From assembly GCA_964354005.1 (NCBI GenBank), contig CAYGYD010000001.1, positions 1 to 45,395 on the forward strand: DNA of 45,395 bases, in the 5' to 3' direction. A program made the position numbers and the translations under genes. Numbering within the stretch: position 1 is the first letter of the stretch; each line of letters begins with the position of its first letter. Of the stretch, positions 7,896-16,960 are shown in pieces. The DNA comes from an uncultured Dehalococcoidales bacterium (GTDB lineage: Bacteria; Chloroflexota; Dehalococcoidia; Dehalococcoidales; UBA2162). Below the pieces are notes generated by a model that saw only the letters and a program-made list of their open reading frames with translations, was not told the origin of the DNA and ran no database searches.

Positions 7896-8756
7896 ATGAA
7901 AACGGAGCGGCTTACCAAGAATGTCTTTGTGAAAACCGAAACCCGGGGATGCAATCCTGGGTATGTGGTTACTTCTGAAGGGGTTGTCCTTATAGATGCT
8001 CCAGGTGATCCCGCATACGTTGAGGAGTATGCCAAGGAGATTGCCAAGTTGGGAAAGATTCGTTACATCATAAACACCGAATATCACTTTGACCACAACA
8101 TGACCAATGGCTTCTTCGATGCACCGGTCATTGCCAGCGATATCACGAAGGCTCTAATTCCAACGAATACCGACCGCTGGATGCGGCAGGCAACAAAAGG
8201 ACTATACGCGGAACCCTTTACTGTCCCCAGCCCTGAGAAGTACCGGAAAGGGTGGCCATCCATCACCTTTTCCGACCGCATGACGCTCTGCCTTGGTAAG
8301 CATACCTTCCAGCTTATCCTCCTCCCGGGACACACCGCCGGCCAGACTGCCGTCTATATCCCTGAGGAGAAGGTAGTCTTTGCTTCCGACAATGTCTCGG
8401 CTTCGGGCGTGATTGGTGGGCTTCATGATGCCCTGCCCTACAAATGGTTGGAGTCCCTTGAGTTCTTGAAGAGGCTTGATGTACGCTGTATTCAGACCGG
8501 CCACGGTGACCTACTGACTAGTAATATCAAATCATGCTTAGACCAGCTGTCTTCTTCTCTCAAAGAGCGGGTGGAGGCAGTGGAAAAGTTCAAGGCTGAG
8601 GGTATACGTGTGCGTGAGGCGGCTGAGCTGTATGAGAAAATGTTTCCCGAAAAGCCACCGCCTGCCTCAGAGGGCTTTGCGCCTCGTGGTGCTGGCCGCA
8701 GCCGTTTTGCGCTTGCTCATTTGTACCAGGTTATCGGAGGTAATACGGGCTACTAG
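7896..8756 (+). CDS. MBL-fold metallo-hydrolase
   Basis: Variant metal motif EYHFDHN in place of HxHxDH, later LLPGHTAGQT and TGHGD. GAGGAGG Shine-Dalgarno upstream. Confidence 0.75.
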   Translation: MKTERLTKNVFVKTETRGCNPGYVVTSEGVVLIDAPGDPAYVEEYAKEIAKLGKIRYIINTEYHFDHNMTNGFFDAPVIASDITKALIPTNTDRWMRQATKGLYAEPFTVPSPEKYRKGWPSITFSDRMTLCLGKHTFQLILLPGHTAGQTAVYIPEEKVVFASDNVSASGVIGGLHDALPYKWLESLEFLKRLDVRCIQTGHGDLLTSNIKSCLDQLSSSLKERVEAVEKFKAEGIRVREAAELYEKMFPEKPPPASEGFAPRGAGRSRFALAHLYQVIGGNTGY

Positions 8757-9180
8757 CTCACGTAGGTGACATACGGTAAGTAGGAGCTTAGCTACCTGAC
8801 ACATGTAACGAAAGTCCATTTTGTTGCTGGGCATAGGTCGCTTAATATTCCTCGGTATCTCAATAGGTATGTCTTATTCCTCTCCTTGTTGTGCTAACAT
8901 GGTGGGCCTTATTTGTGGTAGAATTCGCTGACTATCAAGGGTTGCCGGTGCTGGAGAGGTGTCCGCCTTATCTGAGAAACACTGCCTGCTCAAGTGCATT
9001 GTAAGCCGGTATTCAATAGGTCGGGTCTCGCGGACATCCGAGGAAGCCCCGGGCTTTCCCCGCTACCTTGAGCGAAGTTTCCGGGTCGCGAAAGAAGATT
9101 GAGCAGATTCGGGTTTGGTTAGCATTCGGCTAGTAATCGTGTCTAATCTTCCTTTGTTTCACGTACTTCCTGCTAATAAC

Positions 9181-9209
9181 TTGTCAGAGAGCCACCGAAC
9201 GGTTATCAT
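9181..9209 (+). promoter_or_regulatory. Sigma-70-like promoter upstream of galE
   Basis: TTGTCA (9181-9186), 17-nt spacer, TATCAT (9204-9209). Confidence 0.45.
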
Positions 9210-9289
9210 AGTTAGCGTGGTAGGCCAGGATTTTTCTATTGCCTGATTTATATAACTTGGCACCAGAGTTAGACGATTTAGGACATTTC

Positions 9290-10270
9290 ATGAACATATT
9301 GGTAACCGGGGCCGCCGGATACGTCGGCAGCGTTGTCAGCGAGCGTTTGGCAGCAGAAGGTCACCACGTCATTGCCCTGGACAACCTGAAACAAGGTCAC
9401 CGGCAAGCGCTGAGCCTAGAAGCTGATTTTGTATGTGCGGATTTAGGCGACGCAGAACTACTGGATGATATCTTTGTCCACCACCAGATAGGAGCGGTAA
9501 TGCATTTTGCGGCGAATTCCATCGTCGCGCAGTCAGTGGCTGACCCTCGGGGATACTTCCGCAATAACGTAGTTTGTGGCCTCAATCTTCTAAACAGTAT
9601 GGTGCAGCACGATGTGAATAGGATTGTCTTCTCCTCAAGCGCCGCAGTCTATGGCAACCCCGATAATATCCCCATTACAGAAAACGCTCCACTGGCACCG
9701 GTTAATCCTTACGGCGAGTCCAAGGTAATTTTTGAGAAAATACTGAAATGGTACGGGGCTGCTTACGGACTTAACTCCATCTCACTGCGCTACTTTAATG
9801 CTGCCGGGGCCACCTCTCTTCACGGAGAGCATCATGAACCAGAAACTCACCTGGTTCCCAACGTGCTCAAAGTGGCTTTGGGGAAAGCCCACCACGTATC
9901 CGTTTTTGGAACCGCTTACGAGACTGAAGACGGCACCTGCATCCGAGATTATGTCCACGTAGTGGACATTGCTGACGCCCATGTAAAAGCTCTCAGCAGT
10001 CTTGACGGCGCCGGAACCCGGGCTTACAACCTGGGTAGCGAAAGGGGGTCTTCCGTGATTGAGGTGGTAAGAATGGCGGAAAGGGTGACCGGTATTCGTA
10101 TTCCAATAGTGTTTGAACCGCCCAGGGCGGGTGACCCACCAGTGCTGGTGGCTAGTTCGGAACTGGCCAGAAAAGAACTGGACTGGAGTCCGCGCTATTC
10201 CCAATTAGAAGATATTCTGAAGAGTGCTTGGGAGTGGCAGAACAGGTTCCCAGACGGGTACTCGGGCTAG
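9290..10270 (+). CDS. galE: UDP-glucose 4-epimerase
   Basis: MNILVTGAAGYVGS Rossmann start at the internal ATG 9290, catalytic YGESK (YxxxK). Typical GalE length and C-terminal region. Confidence 0.9.
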   Translation: MNILVTGAAGYVGSVVSERLAAEGHHVIALDNLKQGHRQALSLEADFVCADLGDAELLDDIFVHHQIGAVMHFAANSIVAQSVADPRGYFRNNVVCGLNLLNSMVQHDVNRIVFSSSAAVYGNPDNIPITENAPLAPVNPYGESKVIFEKILKWYGAAYGLNSISLRYFNAAGATSLHGEHHEPETHLVPNVLKVALGKAHHVSVFGTAYETEDGTCIRDYVHVVDIADAHVKALSSLDGAGTRAYNLGSERGSSVIEVVRMAERVTGIRIPIVFEPPRAGDPPVLVASSELARKELDWSPRYSQLEDILKSAWEWQNRFPDGYSG

Positions 10271-10423
10271 TAAGGATGCGGAACTTCCAGAAATGGGTCT
10301 CTGGATGGATTTCTGCCGTGGCAGCGACTCTCACCCTGCGGAACTTGGCTGCTTGTAGGCTCTACCCCATTAGTTGCCACCAATTCTGGGGCGGAAATTG
10401 CACTGAAAGTGAGAAACCGTTTT

Positions 10424-10699
10424 TTAGCTTCGGCGGTCCTCGGACCTTTCGTCACTTCTTCGGCGCTCGCCCAGTCGGTAGACCTGGATGGCAAAAACAG
10501 CCGTACCAAACAGGCATATTAGGATAGTGACCACAATTTCTATCCATAGGATGGCTGAGTTGTCCTCGACAAAATAAACCTCACCGTTGGCCGCAATCAT
10601 CACCATATGGACCGCCCAAGCTAAAGCTAGGGCGATCAGAAGGAGTTGGCTCGCTAGAACGGTTATGGCAAACTTCAGTCGTCTGCCGGGCGGTGCCAT
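10424..10699 (-). CDS. Small membrane protein (91 aa) translationally coupled to the giant surface protein
   Basis: Two hydrophobic helices and a highly charged C-tail (ERRRSDERSEDRRS). Its GGAGAG Shine-Dalgarno overlaps the TGA stop of the upstream gene (minus strand TGAGGAGAGCAGCATG, nt 10712-10697). Confidence 0.6.
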   Translation of the reverse strand: MAPPGRRLKFAITVLASQLLLIALALAWAVHMVMIAANGEVYFVEDNSAILWIEIVVTILICLFGTAVFAIQVYRLGERRRSDERSEDRRS

Positions 10700-10709
10700 G
10701 CTGCTCTCC

Positions 10710-13700
10710 TCAATTGCGGCGAACTATTCCTGATGGCGGACCGCTATCTTCTGCCCACCTCTTGACTAAGTCGCGCCGGCGCCTCAATATTATCATAATA
10801 GTGCCAGAAATTGCCACTAACATAGCACCAATTATTAGTGCCAATACGTACCAGTTGACAACCGCTGGCGATTCAGTCTTTATATCCAACACTTCTTCCG
10901 GCGCACTGTCGCTTAGAATCACGCCGGAATAGAGTTCGGCCCGGAAGGTATAGGTGCCGCTGACCCACCCCGATGATGGTACATATTCCCAGTTACCACT
11001 GGTGGCACCCACCGGCAGCACACTTCCTGAAAAGACAATGACATCCTCAAGGGGTTGTCCATTCAGACTGACCTTCAAAACGAGCTTGGTATCGGTCGAG
11101 TCCTCGCTTGCATTGACCAGCTCATAGGTTATGCTCACCGCGGTGATGTGAAGAGCTGCCGAATAGCTTGGGATGGCGCTAAAAAGGCTGATTTCTGGCT
11201 GAGGCTCGGGGGTTGTGGCCACACTGGGCTCCTCCACGACGGAGAACGAACCGGTGAGATCGTTCACACTCGCCTGGAATACCCCGGTAGTCTGCTTGGC
11301 AACGACGAAGCTTACCTCTTGGCTGGCCCCGGCGGCCAGCTGGACTGTCTGCTTCATAATCTCAGAGCCACGGCTCGAACTGACATTTAAGGTTACATCG
11401 TAGCTGCCACCGACATCGCCTATATTATTGACCGTAACCCTGACAACTACTGCTTCATTGATACGGGCCTTTGCCAGGCTAATCTTCAGGCCATTTACTG
11501 TGAAGGTGGCCGGTTGTCCCAGCGTGGTGAAAGTATATTCCTCAGACTCGGCGAGATTATTTGCCTGGTCGCGCGATATAACTGTTAAGTGATAAGTAGT
11601 ATATGGCGCGAGCCCAGTTAGTTCAACTACATGGCTGGTAACCGCCGTTTCGTCAAGAGGTGAGAGACTCTCTGGACTGGCCCAGTACTTCACTTGGCTG
11701 GTGCTTTCCTCGTTAGTTGTCCACCGGATTATCGCACTCGTTTTGGTAATATCGCTGACGATGATGCTGGAGATCACGGGCGGTGTTCCGTCACTCGGGG
11801 GCAGACCTCCACCTCCACCACCTCCGCCCGCTGGCGGGGTGGGTGCGTTGACAGTAATAGTAATGTTCTCGTAGTCGGTCAGTGAGCCATCGGACACCTC
11901 GAAGTGGACATTGGAATAAGTCCCAACCTCAGCCGTGGTTGGTGTCCAGGAAAAGGTACGGATGGCCGCGTTGAAGCTGGCGCCTTGCGGCAGGTTGGAG
12001 GCAGAGTAGGTCAAGTTGTCACCGTTGGGGTCGGTAGCTGAGATGGTGAACTGAAGTAGCTGCCCGGCGACAACCGACTTGTTGCCGATACTATTAAGGA
12101 CCGGCGGCTCATTGGTGGTAGTGGAGGTAACGGTAATGGTAATGTTCTCGTAGTCGGTCAGTGAGCCATCGGACACCTCGAAGTGGACATTAGAATAGGT
12201 GCCGACCTGACCTGATGTTGGTGTCCAGGAAAAGGTACGGATGGCCGCGTTAAAGCTGGCGCCTAACGGCAGGTTAGAGGCTGAATAGGCCAAGTTGTCG
12301 CCGTTAGGGTCAGTGGCTGAGATGGTAAACTGGAGGGACTGCCCGGCAGTAACCGACTTGTTGCCAATGGGGTCAAGCACGGGCGGTGAGTTCGGAGGTG
12401 GGACAGCGTTGACGGTGATGGTGATGTTCTCGTAGTCGGTCAGTGAGCCGTCGGAGACCTCGAAGTGGACATTGGGATAGGTGCCAACCTGACCTGATGT
12501 TGGTGTCCAGGCGAAGGTTCGGGTGGCCGTGTTGAAGCTGGCGCCTAACGGCAGGTTAGAGGCTGAATAGGCCAAGTTGTCGCCGTTAGGGTCAGTGGCC
12601 GAGATGGTGAACTGAAGTAGCTGCCCGGCAGTAACCGACTTGTTGCCGATTGCGGCAAGCACCGGCGGCTGATTGGTCCCACCCGCTGAGGTTATTTCTA
12701 TGCCGTTGATCTCCGGATTTTCAATATAGGGGGTAAAATCTATATTGAGCTGGCCGTCCTGAACCACAATAGAGTTAAACCTCTTTACCAGCGCCGTGCT
12801 GTGGCCGGCCTCGGCATATATGTCCAGGTTATCCAGTGCTAGCTGCCCTTCAATCAAGACGTCAAAGACCCTCTGCCCAGAGCCAGTTATGCCACTGTAT
12901 GTCTCAGCAAAGTGAAGAATAACCGTGTAGGTGCCATTACCCAGGTCAACGCGGTAGCCGCTGAGACTATATCTCTGGGTCTGATAAATACGGTCGTCCT
13001 CAGTTCCATTGATAGCGTAACCGGTGCCTCGGTCATCAGTGTAGTTCGGGCCGTAGAACCCCCAGCTCCCCGAGGTATATGCCCGGTCCGCTTGCCAGAT
13101 ATTGCTAGAGCTATCTGTGTACACACCACCGCCAGCCTCCACCCTTAGCGGGAGAGATGGCGATGCGGTAACGGTGATGGTGATGTCCTCGTAGTCAGTC
13201 AGCGAGCCATCCGATACCTCGAAGTGGACGTTGGAGTAGGTGCCAACCTGACCTGTGGTTGGCGTCCAGGAGAATGTCCGTGTCCCGGCATTGAAGCTTG
13301 CTCCGGATGGTAGATTGGAGGCGGAATAGGTCAGTGGGTTGCCGTCCGGGTCAGTGGCTGAGATGGTGAACTGGAGTTGACTGCCAGCCACTGTCGTCTT
13401 GTTACCTATCGGCGCAAGCACCGGCGGCTGATTGCCACCGCTCACCACGGTTATCGTGATGTTCTCGTAGTCGGTCAGTGAACCATCGGAGACCTCAAAG
13501 TGGACATTAGAATAGGTGCCAACCTGACCCGATGTTGGTGTCCAGGAAAAGGACTTGGTGCTCGTGTTAAAGCTAGCACCTTGCGGCAGGTTGGAGGCTG
13601 AATAGATCAAGTTGTCGCCGTTGGGGTCAGTTGCTGAGATGGTGAACTGAAGTAGCTGCCCGGCAGTAACCGACTTGTTGCCAATGGTGTTAAGAACTGG

Positions 13701-15602
13701 CGGCTGATTGGTAGGAGGGCCGGAGCCGTACTCAAGAGCGCCCATATCAGGAGCTGCACCTGTGTATGGCCAAGGGCTGTTGGCATCGTTGAAACCGGGG
13801 AGTATTATCCCCTTGTCTATAGCCGGCGAGGTATCTTGCAGCCTGAAGTCAGCGATGGTTGGGGAAGGGTTGACAAACTTCGGGTTGTCGAACAGTCCAT
13901 GTGCTTCCTGCCCTGATGCCGTCCGCCACGAATTGAAGGTGGTGAAAGTCCTGTAGTTAGACTCACCCGCTATCCAATAGCGATTCCACCAGCCATGGTC
14001 TCCGCCTGGGGCACCCGTGCTTTCCTCCCAGTACAGGTTGTAGTCCCAATCATTTATCGGCTCCTGGAAACCCATCCTGGCTATCAGGTCGGGATGCTCG
14101 TACTGAGCCATATTCTCGACATGTTGACGGCTGACAAGGATGTTGTTGCGGAAGTGGTGATTATAGAAGGCTCCTCCCGCCCAGTTCGTGAAGCCGCAGC
14201 CGTCCGGGTCGTAGGCGCCCGAACTCTCCCACCAATATGTCTTGTAGTAGAAGGTATTCTGATAGAAAAAGGTCTGCCCGCTTGAGTCCTTGCCGAGCTT
14301 GGTGGCCGTCCCGTTAAAGTCATAAATCAGATTCCTGAAAACATATATAGGACCGATGACCCCGCCCGGGCCAAGGCTTATGCCAACGCCACCCCGTCCC
14401 CTGCGGCAGAAATGGAGGCGGTTACTCCATATCCTAACATTGATGCCCGCACCATCCATTTCAACGATGTCATCGCCGGTATCCCAAATCTCATTTTCAT
14501 AAAGGTCGCTGTCCTTCCGCGCAGCACCCCAGTCTATGGCATCCCCCGTAAAAAAGCCGGGGAAGTTAGGTGCGCCGTAGATTCCGTCACCGGCACCGCC
14601 TGATGTGCCGGCTCGCAGAATATTTCTCCGGATGACCATGTTCCCACCAGAGTAGAGGAGACTCATTCCTCCGTTGCCCTCGCAGCCAGAGACAACATTG
14701 CCCCGCCCCAGAACAAAGCCACCGCTTCCTTCACCCGGGCCAAACATAAAGCCGGCTCCCTCATCAATGCAGTCCTCAACGCGGTTGAAATCTCCGGTAA
14801 GCTGCACCAGATAGGAGCTGGAAACCAACCTAATTTTAGAGGCTCCCGGGACATGGATTTGACCGATAAAGCGATTGTAGCTACCACTGATGCTCAGGCC
14901 CAACCAGCCAGTGAAAATAACATCGCCGTCACCATATGGTACCCACTTGATGTAATTGTTTGCCAGCCCGGTGGAAGATATGTTGTAAGTACCGGTGTAG
15001 GTTCCCCCGTGAAGATAGACAGTTGTGCCAGGCTGGGCGAGTGCCGCGGCCCGTGACGGTGTTTTTAGAGGGGCGGCTAGTGTGCCTGGGTTGCTGTCGC
15101 TACCTGTAGGCGAGACATGAAGCGAGTTACCGGTTGATGGTGGGTCTTCGTCCCACATCCTGACTACAGCGTTGTGGGATGTCGGTCCGCTCACCCCGTC
15201 GGGGTCAGAGTAGGTCACCCGAACCTCATACTCTGTGTTAGGCTGGACAAAGAGGATATTGCCTCGCCATTGCTTATAGTAGGGGTTCGTCATGTATTCT
15301 ATATTTGGACGCTCGCCCCATCCGGTGTTGGGTACCGGTATCTCCACCCTTCTGTCGACCACCATCGGTATGGGCGCTGCCTTCCAGGTACCGCCGCTAG
15401 GACGGTACTCTATTACCGCCTGGTTGTTCTTGTTGTCATCCCCAGTGAAGCTCGAATAGACACTGATTGAGGTGAAAGTCGGCACCAGTTCAATGGTTCC
15501 GACCGTAGTCGCATTTGACTGGGCAGCTACTACACCAGGGAGAGTGAAAGAGATTGATAAAGCAATTAGTAGCCCCGTTAAGCACCGGGCAAATTTCTTC
15601 AT
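10710..15602 (-). CDS. Giant secreted, membrane-anchored surface protein with beta-helix, cadherin-like, malectin, Fn3 and CARDB domains
   Basis: - Sec signal peptide (MKKFARCLTGLLIALSISFTLPGVVAAQS).
- Pectate-lyase-type right-handed beta-helix (LHVSPTGSDSNPGT.. to ..FRLQDTSPAIDKG, ~nt 13728-15125).
- Five PPVL..GNKSV..ATDPNGDNL.YSASNLP..FSWTP.. cadherin-like/Ig repeats.
- Malectin-like domain (RVEAGGGVYTDSSSNIWQADRAY.., ~12687-13154).
- Gly8 linker, Fn3 (~11523-11789) and CARDB-like domain (~11235-11510).
- C-terminal TM helix plus RRRRD stop-transfer (10785-10862). Confidence 0.9.
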   Translation of the reverse strand: MKKFARCLTGLLIALSISFTLPGVVAAQSNATTVGTIELVPTFTSISVYSSFTGDDNKNNQAVIEYRPSGGTWKAAPIPMVVDRRVEIPVPNTGWGERPNIEYMTNPYYKQWRGNILFVQPNTEYEVRVTYSDPDGVSGPTSHNAVVRMWDEDPPSTGNSLHVSPTGSDSNPGTLAAPLKTPSRAAALAQPGTTVYLHGGTYTGTYNISSTGLANNYIKWVPYGDGDVIFTGWLGLSISGSYNRFIGQIHVPGASKIRLVSSSYLVQLTGDFNRVEDCIDEGAGFMFGPGEGSGGFVLGRGNVVSGCEGNGGMSLLYSGGNMVIRRNILRAGTSGGAGDGIYGAPNFPGFFTGDAIDWGAARKDSDLYENEIWDTGDDIVEMDGAGINVRIWSNRLHFCRRGRGGVGISLGPGGVIGPIYVFRNLIYDFNGTATKLGKDSSGQTFFYQNTFYYKTYWWESSGAYDPDGCGFTNWAGGAFYNHHFRNNILVSRQHVENMAQYEHPDLIARMGFQEPINDWDYNLYWEESTGAPGGDHGWWNRYWIAGESNYRTFTTFNSWRTASGQEAHGLFDNPKFVNPSPTIADFRLQDTSPAIDKGIILPGFNDANSPWPYTGAAPDMGALEYGSGPPTNQPPVLNTIGNKSVTAGQLLQFTISATDPNGDNLIYSASNLPQGASFNTSTKSFSWTPTSGQVGTYSNVHFEVSDGSLTDYENITITVVSGGNQPPVLAPIGNKTTVAGSQLQFTISATDPDGNPLTYSASNLPSGASFNAGTRTFSWTPTTGQVGTYSNVHFEVSDGSLTDYEDITITVTASPSLPLRVEAGGGVYTDSSSNIWQADRAYTSGSWGFYGPNYTDDRGTGYAINGTEDDRIYQTQRYSLSGYRVDLGNGTYTVILHFAETYSGITGSGQRVFDVLIEGQLALDNLDIYAEAGHSTALVKRFNSIVVQDGQLNIDFTPYIENPEINGIEITSAGGTNQPPVLAAIGNKSVTAGQLLQFTISATDPNGDNLAYSASNLPLGASFNTATRTFAWTPTSGQVGTYPNVHFEVSDGSLTDYENITITVNAVPPPNSPPVLDPIGNKSVTAGQSLQFTISATDPNGDNLAYSASNLPLGASFNAAIRTFSWTPTSGQVGTYSNVHFEVSDGSLTDYENITITVTSTTTNEPPVLNSIGNKSVVAGQLLQFTISATDPNGDNLTYSASNLPQGASFNAAIRTFSWTPTTAEVGTYSNVHFEVSDGSLTDYENITITVNAPTPPAGGGGGGGGLPPSDGTPPVISSIIVSDITKTSAIIRWTTNEESTSQVKYWASPESLSPLDETAVTSHVVELTGLAPYTTYHLTVISRDQANNLAESEEYTFTTLGQPATFTVNGLKISLAKARINEAVVVRVTVNNIGDVGGSYDVTLNVSSSRGSEIMKQTVQLAAGASQEVSFVVAKQTTGVFQASVNDLTGSFSVVEEPSVATTPEPQPEISLFSAIPSYSAALHITAVSITYELVNASEDSTDTKLVLKVSLNGQPLEDVIVFSGSVLPVGATSGNWEYVPSSGWVSGTYTFRAELYSGVILSDSAPEEVLDIKTESPAVVNWYVLALIIGAMLVAISGTIMIILRRRRDLVKRWAEDSGPPSGIVRRN
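11850..13703 (-). repeat. Five ~258-bp intragenic tandem repeats (cadherin-like modules), arranged 2 + malectin insert + 3
   Basis: Units lie at 13443-13703, 13170-13427, 12411-12668, 12129-12386 and 11850-12107. They share identical runs such as AATGTTCTCGTAGTCGGTCAGTGAGCCATCGGACACCTCGAAGTGGACATT. Confidence 0.9.
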
Positions 15603-15661
15603 TATCTGCCTCCCCGTTACTCTTGGTAAGCGTCTAGCTTATCTACTAACCCCACTTGAAT

Positions 15662-15690
15662 AGCTTAAAGGCTCGGAACAGTATTGTCAA
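15662..15690 (-). promoter_or_regulatory. Candidate promoter of the giant surface-protein gene
   Basis: Reading the minus strand: TTGACA (15690-15685), 17-nt spacer, TAAGCT (15667-15662). A 9-bp inverted repeat lies immediately upstream at 15697-15723. Confidence 0.4.
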
Positions 15691-16167
15691 TGATTCCAAA
15701 GTACTTATTTCTACAGTACTTTGTACGAATTACCTAGTTCAGCCGGATGTTTCATAACTTTGGTGCCTTTGTCTAGAATCTAATCTTCACTCAAAGCATT
15801 CGGCTGAGGTTCGGCCGTTCGCCGGCTAGTTCGGCGATAGCTTACCAGGTAAGATCAGACCGGACTGCCCGTAAGATAACTTTACACAGTCTACGCAAAG
15901 TGGCATAATAAATGCACCAGAGGCATGACCATACGCTTGGGAGGCCGGATTCTCTTCAGTGCCAGTATTGGAATAGCCTCTGGTGGAGTCAAAGACGTAT
16001 TTCGTCTCATCGGTAGCTCTGTACCGTGTCGTCAGTGGGAATCCTGCCCACATAAAAAACCCAGTAAGCATGATTGACAGAAAAAAGAGACTGAGAGAAA
16101 GAGACCAGCCGGCAGGGGAACATCCTGATATTTGTGACTTGGGTGACCCGCGAGAGTCGGAAATCGC

Positions 16168-16959
16168 ATGCTAAGAGCCAAAGTGCTTTATTCAAACACT
16201 GAATTGTACGGAGTTCGCAGTGAGTATTACCAAGACATCCTAGACCATGTTGCCTGTGCGCTTTCGAGGGCTTATGGTTCCAGCCAGGTCCGTATTCTTG
16301 ATATCTTGCCTGCGGGTGGTGATTACCTTGTCGGACTGGGACAGCGTCTTGACCACGTGTCACTGACGGCTTTTGAACTGTCGCCGGGTGTCAGAGACCA
16401 CACGCTTTTGACGCTCAGGAGCTTCGACATGGAGGACCAGGTCAACTTTCTGATCATGGACGAGACTTCAGATCATTGGAAAATACCTTGCAGTGATGAA
16501 TCCTTTGACTGTATTACCTGCTTCAACCGCCTGAATCTGGTTGCTGACCCTCGGCGGCTTCTGTCAGAGATAAGCCGGGTTCTTAAAACGACTGGACTGT
16601 TGGTCGTTACCAATGTAAACAGACTTAGCCTAGTTGGCTTATACTCTGTTCACATTTCACTTAAGCAGCGACAACTCTTGTCCCGAACACAACTTGCCGC
16701 TGGTTCAGTCAGGCCAATTAGCTCGCTGGTCATGCTCCGCATGCTTCACCGGAATGGTCTGAGAGTCATGCATTTCGGTGGCCTAGGTGGCCCCAGACCG
16801 CTGTATTATGGCCTGCTGGCCCGGATATTCAGTCGGTTAGGTGACGCGGATAAAAGACTTCGCTATGAATACCGCCGGGTTTCCAGCTTGTGGGAACCTT
16901 CTTCATTCTGGTCACGTTTTGCCAATGTAAACTTCATTATGGCCACGAAGGTGAAGTAG
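16168..16959 (+). CDS. Class I SAM-dependent methyltransferase-like protein (atypical motif I)
   Basis: ILDILPAGGDY in place of the LDxGxGxG motif. Post-I/II region FDCITCFNRLNLVADPRRLLSEISRVLKTTGLLVV is typical of Methyltransf_11/25-type folds. Confidence 0.55.
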   Translation: MLRAKVLYSNTELYGVRSEYYQDILDHVACALSRAYGSSQVRILDILPAGGDYLVGLGQRLDHVSLTAFELSPGVRDHTLLTLRSFDMEDQVNFLIMDETSDHWKIPCSDESFDCITCFNRLNLVADPRRLLSEISRVLKTTGLLVVTNVNRLSLVGLYSVHISLKQRQLLSRTQLAAGSVRPISSLVMLRMLHRNGLRVMHFGGLGGPRPLYYGLLARIFSRLGDADKRLRYEYRRVSSLWEPSSFWSRFANVNFIMATKVK

Positions 16960-16960
16960 G

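Noticed and set aside
8941-9060. Possible TPP riboswitch (CTGAGA box at ~8971) or SRP RNA (GGTCGGGTC...CCGAGGAAGC).
   Set aside because: The ACCTGATC/GGATAATGCC half of the TPP motif is absent. The SRP-like stretch lacks the GGAA tetraloop and the AGCAGC symmetric-loop consensus.
9001-9062. On the minus strand, GGGGAAAGCCCGGGGC followed ~45 nt later by ACCGGCTTAC resembles the two P4 strands (CR-I/CR-V) of bacterial RNase P RNA.
   Set aside because: The two elements are far too close together; RNase P has ~250 nt between them. None of the other conserved regions (P10-12, GGUAA/J11-12 type motifs) could be found.
11850-13703. Regular ~280-bp-period repeats that could superficially suggest a CRISPR-like or satellite array, or a DGR variable region.
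   Set aside because: The repeats are in-frame protein modules of one long ORF and have no spacer structure. No cas genes, reverse transcriptase or template repeat are present in the window.
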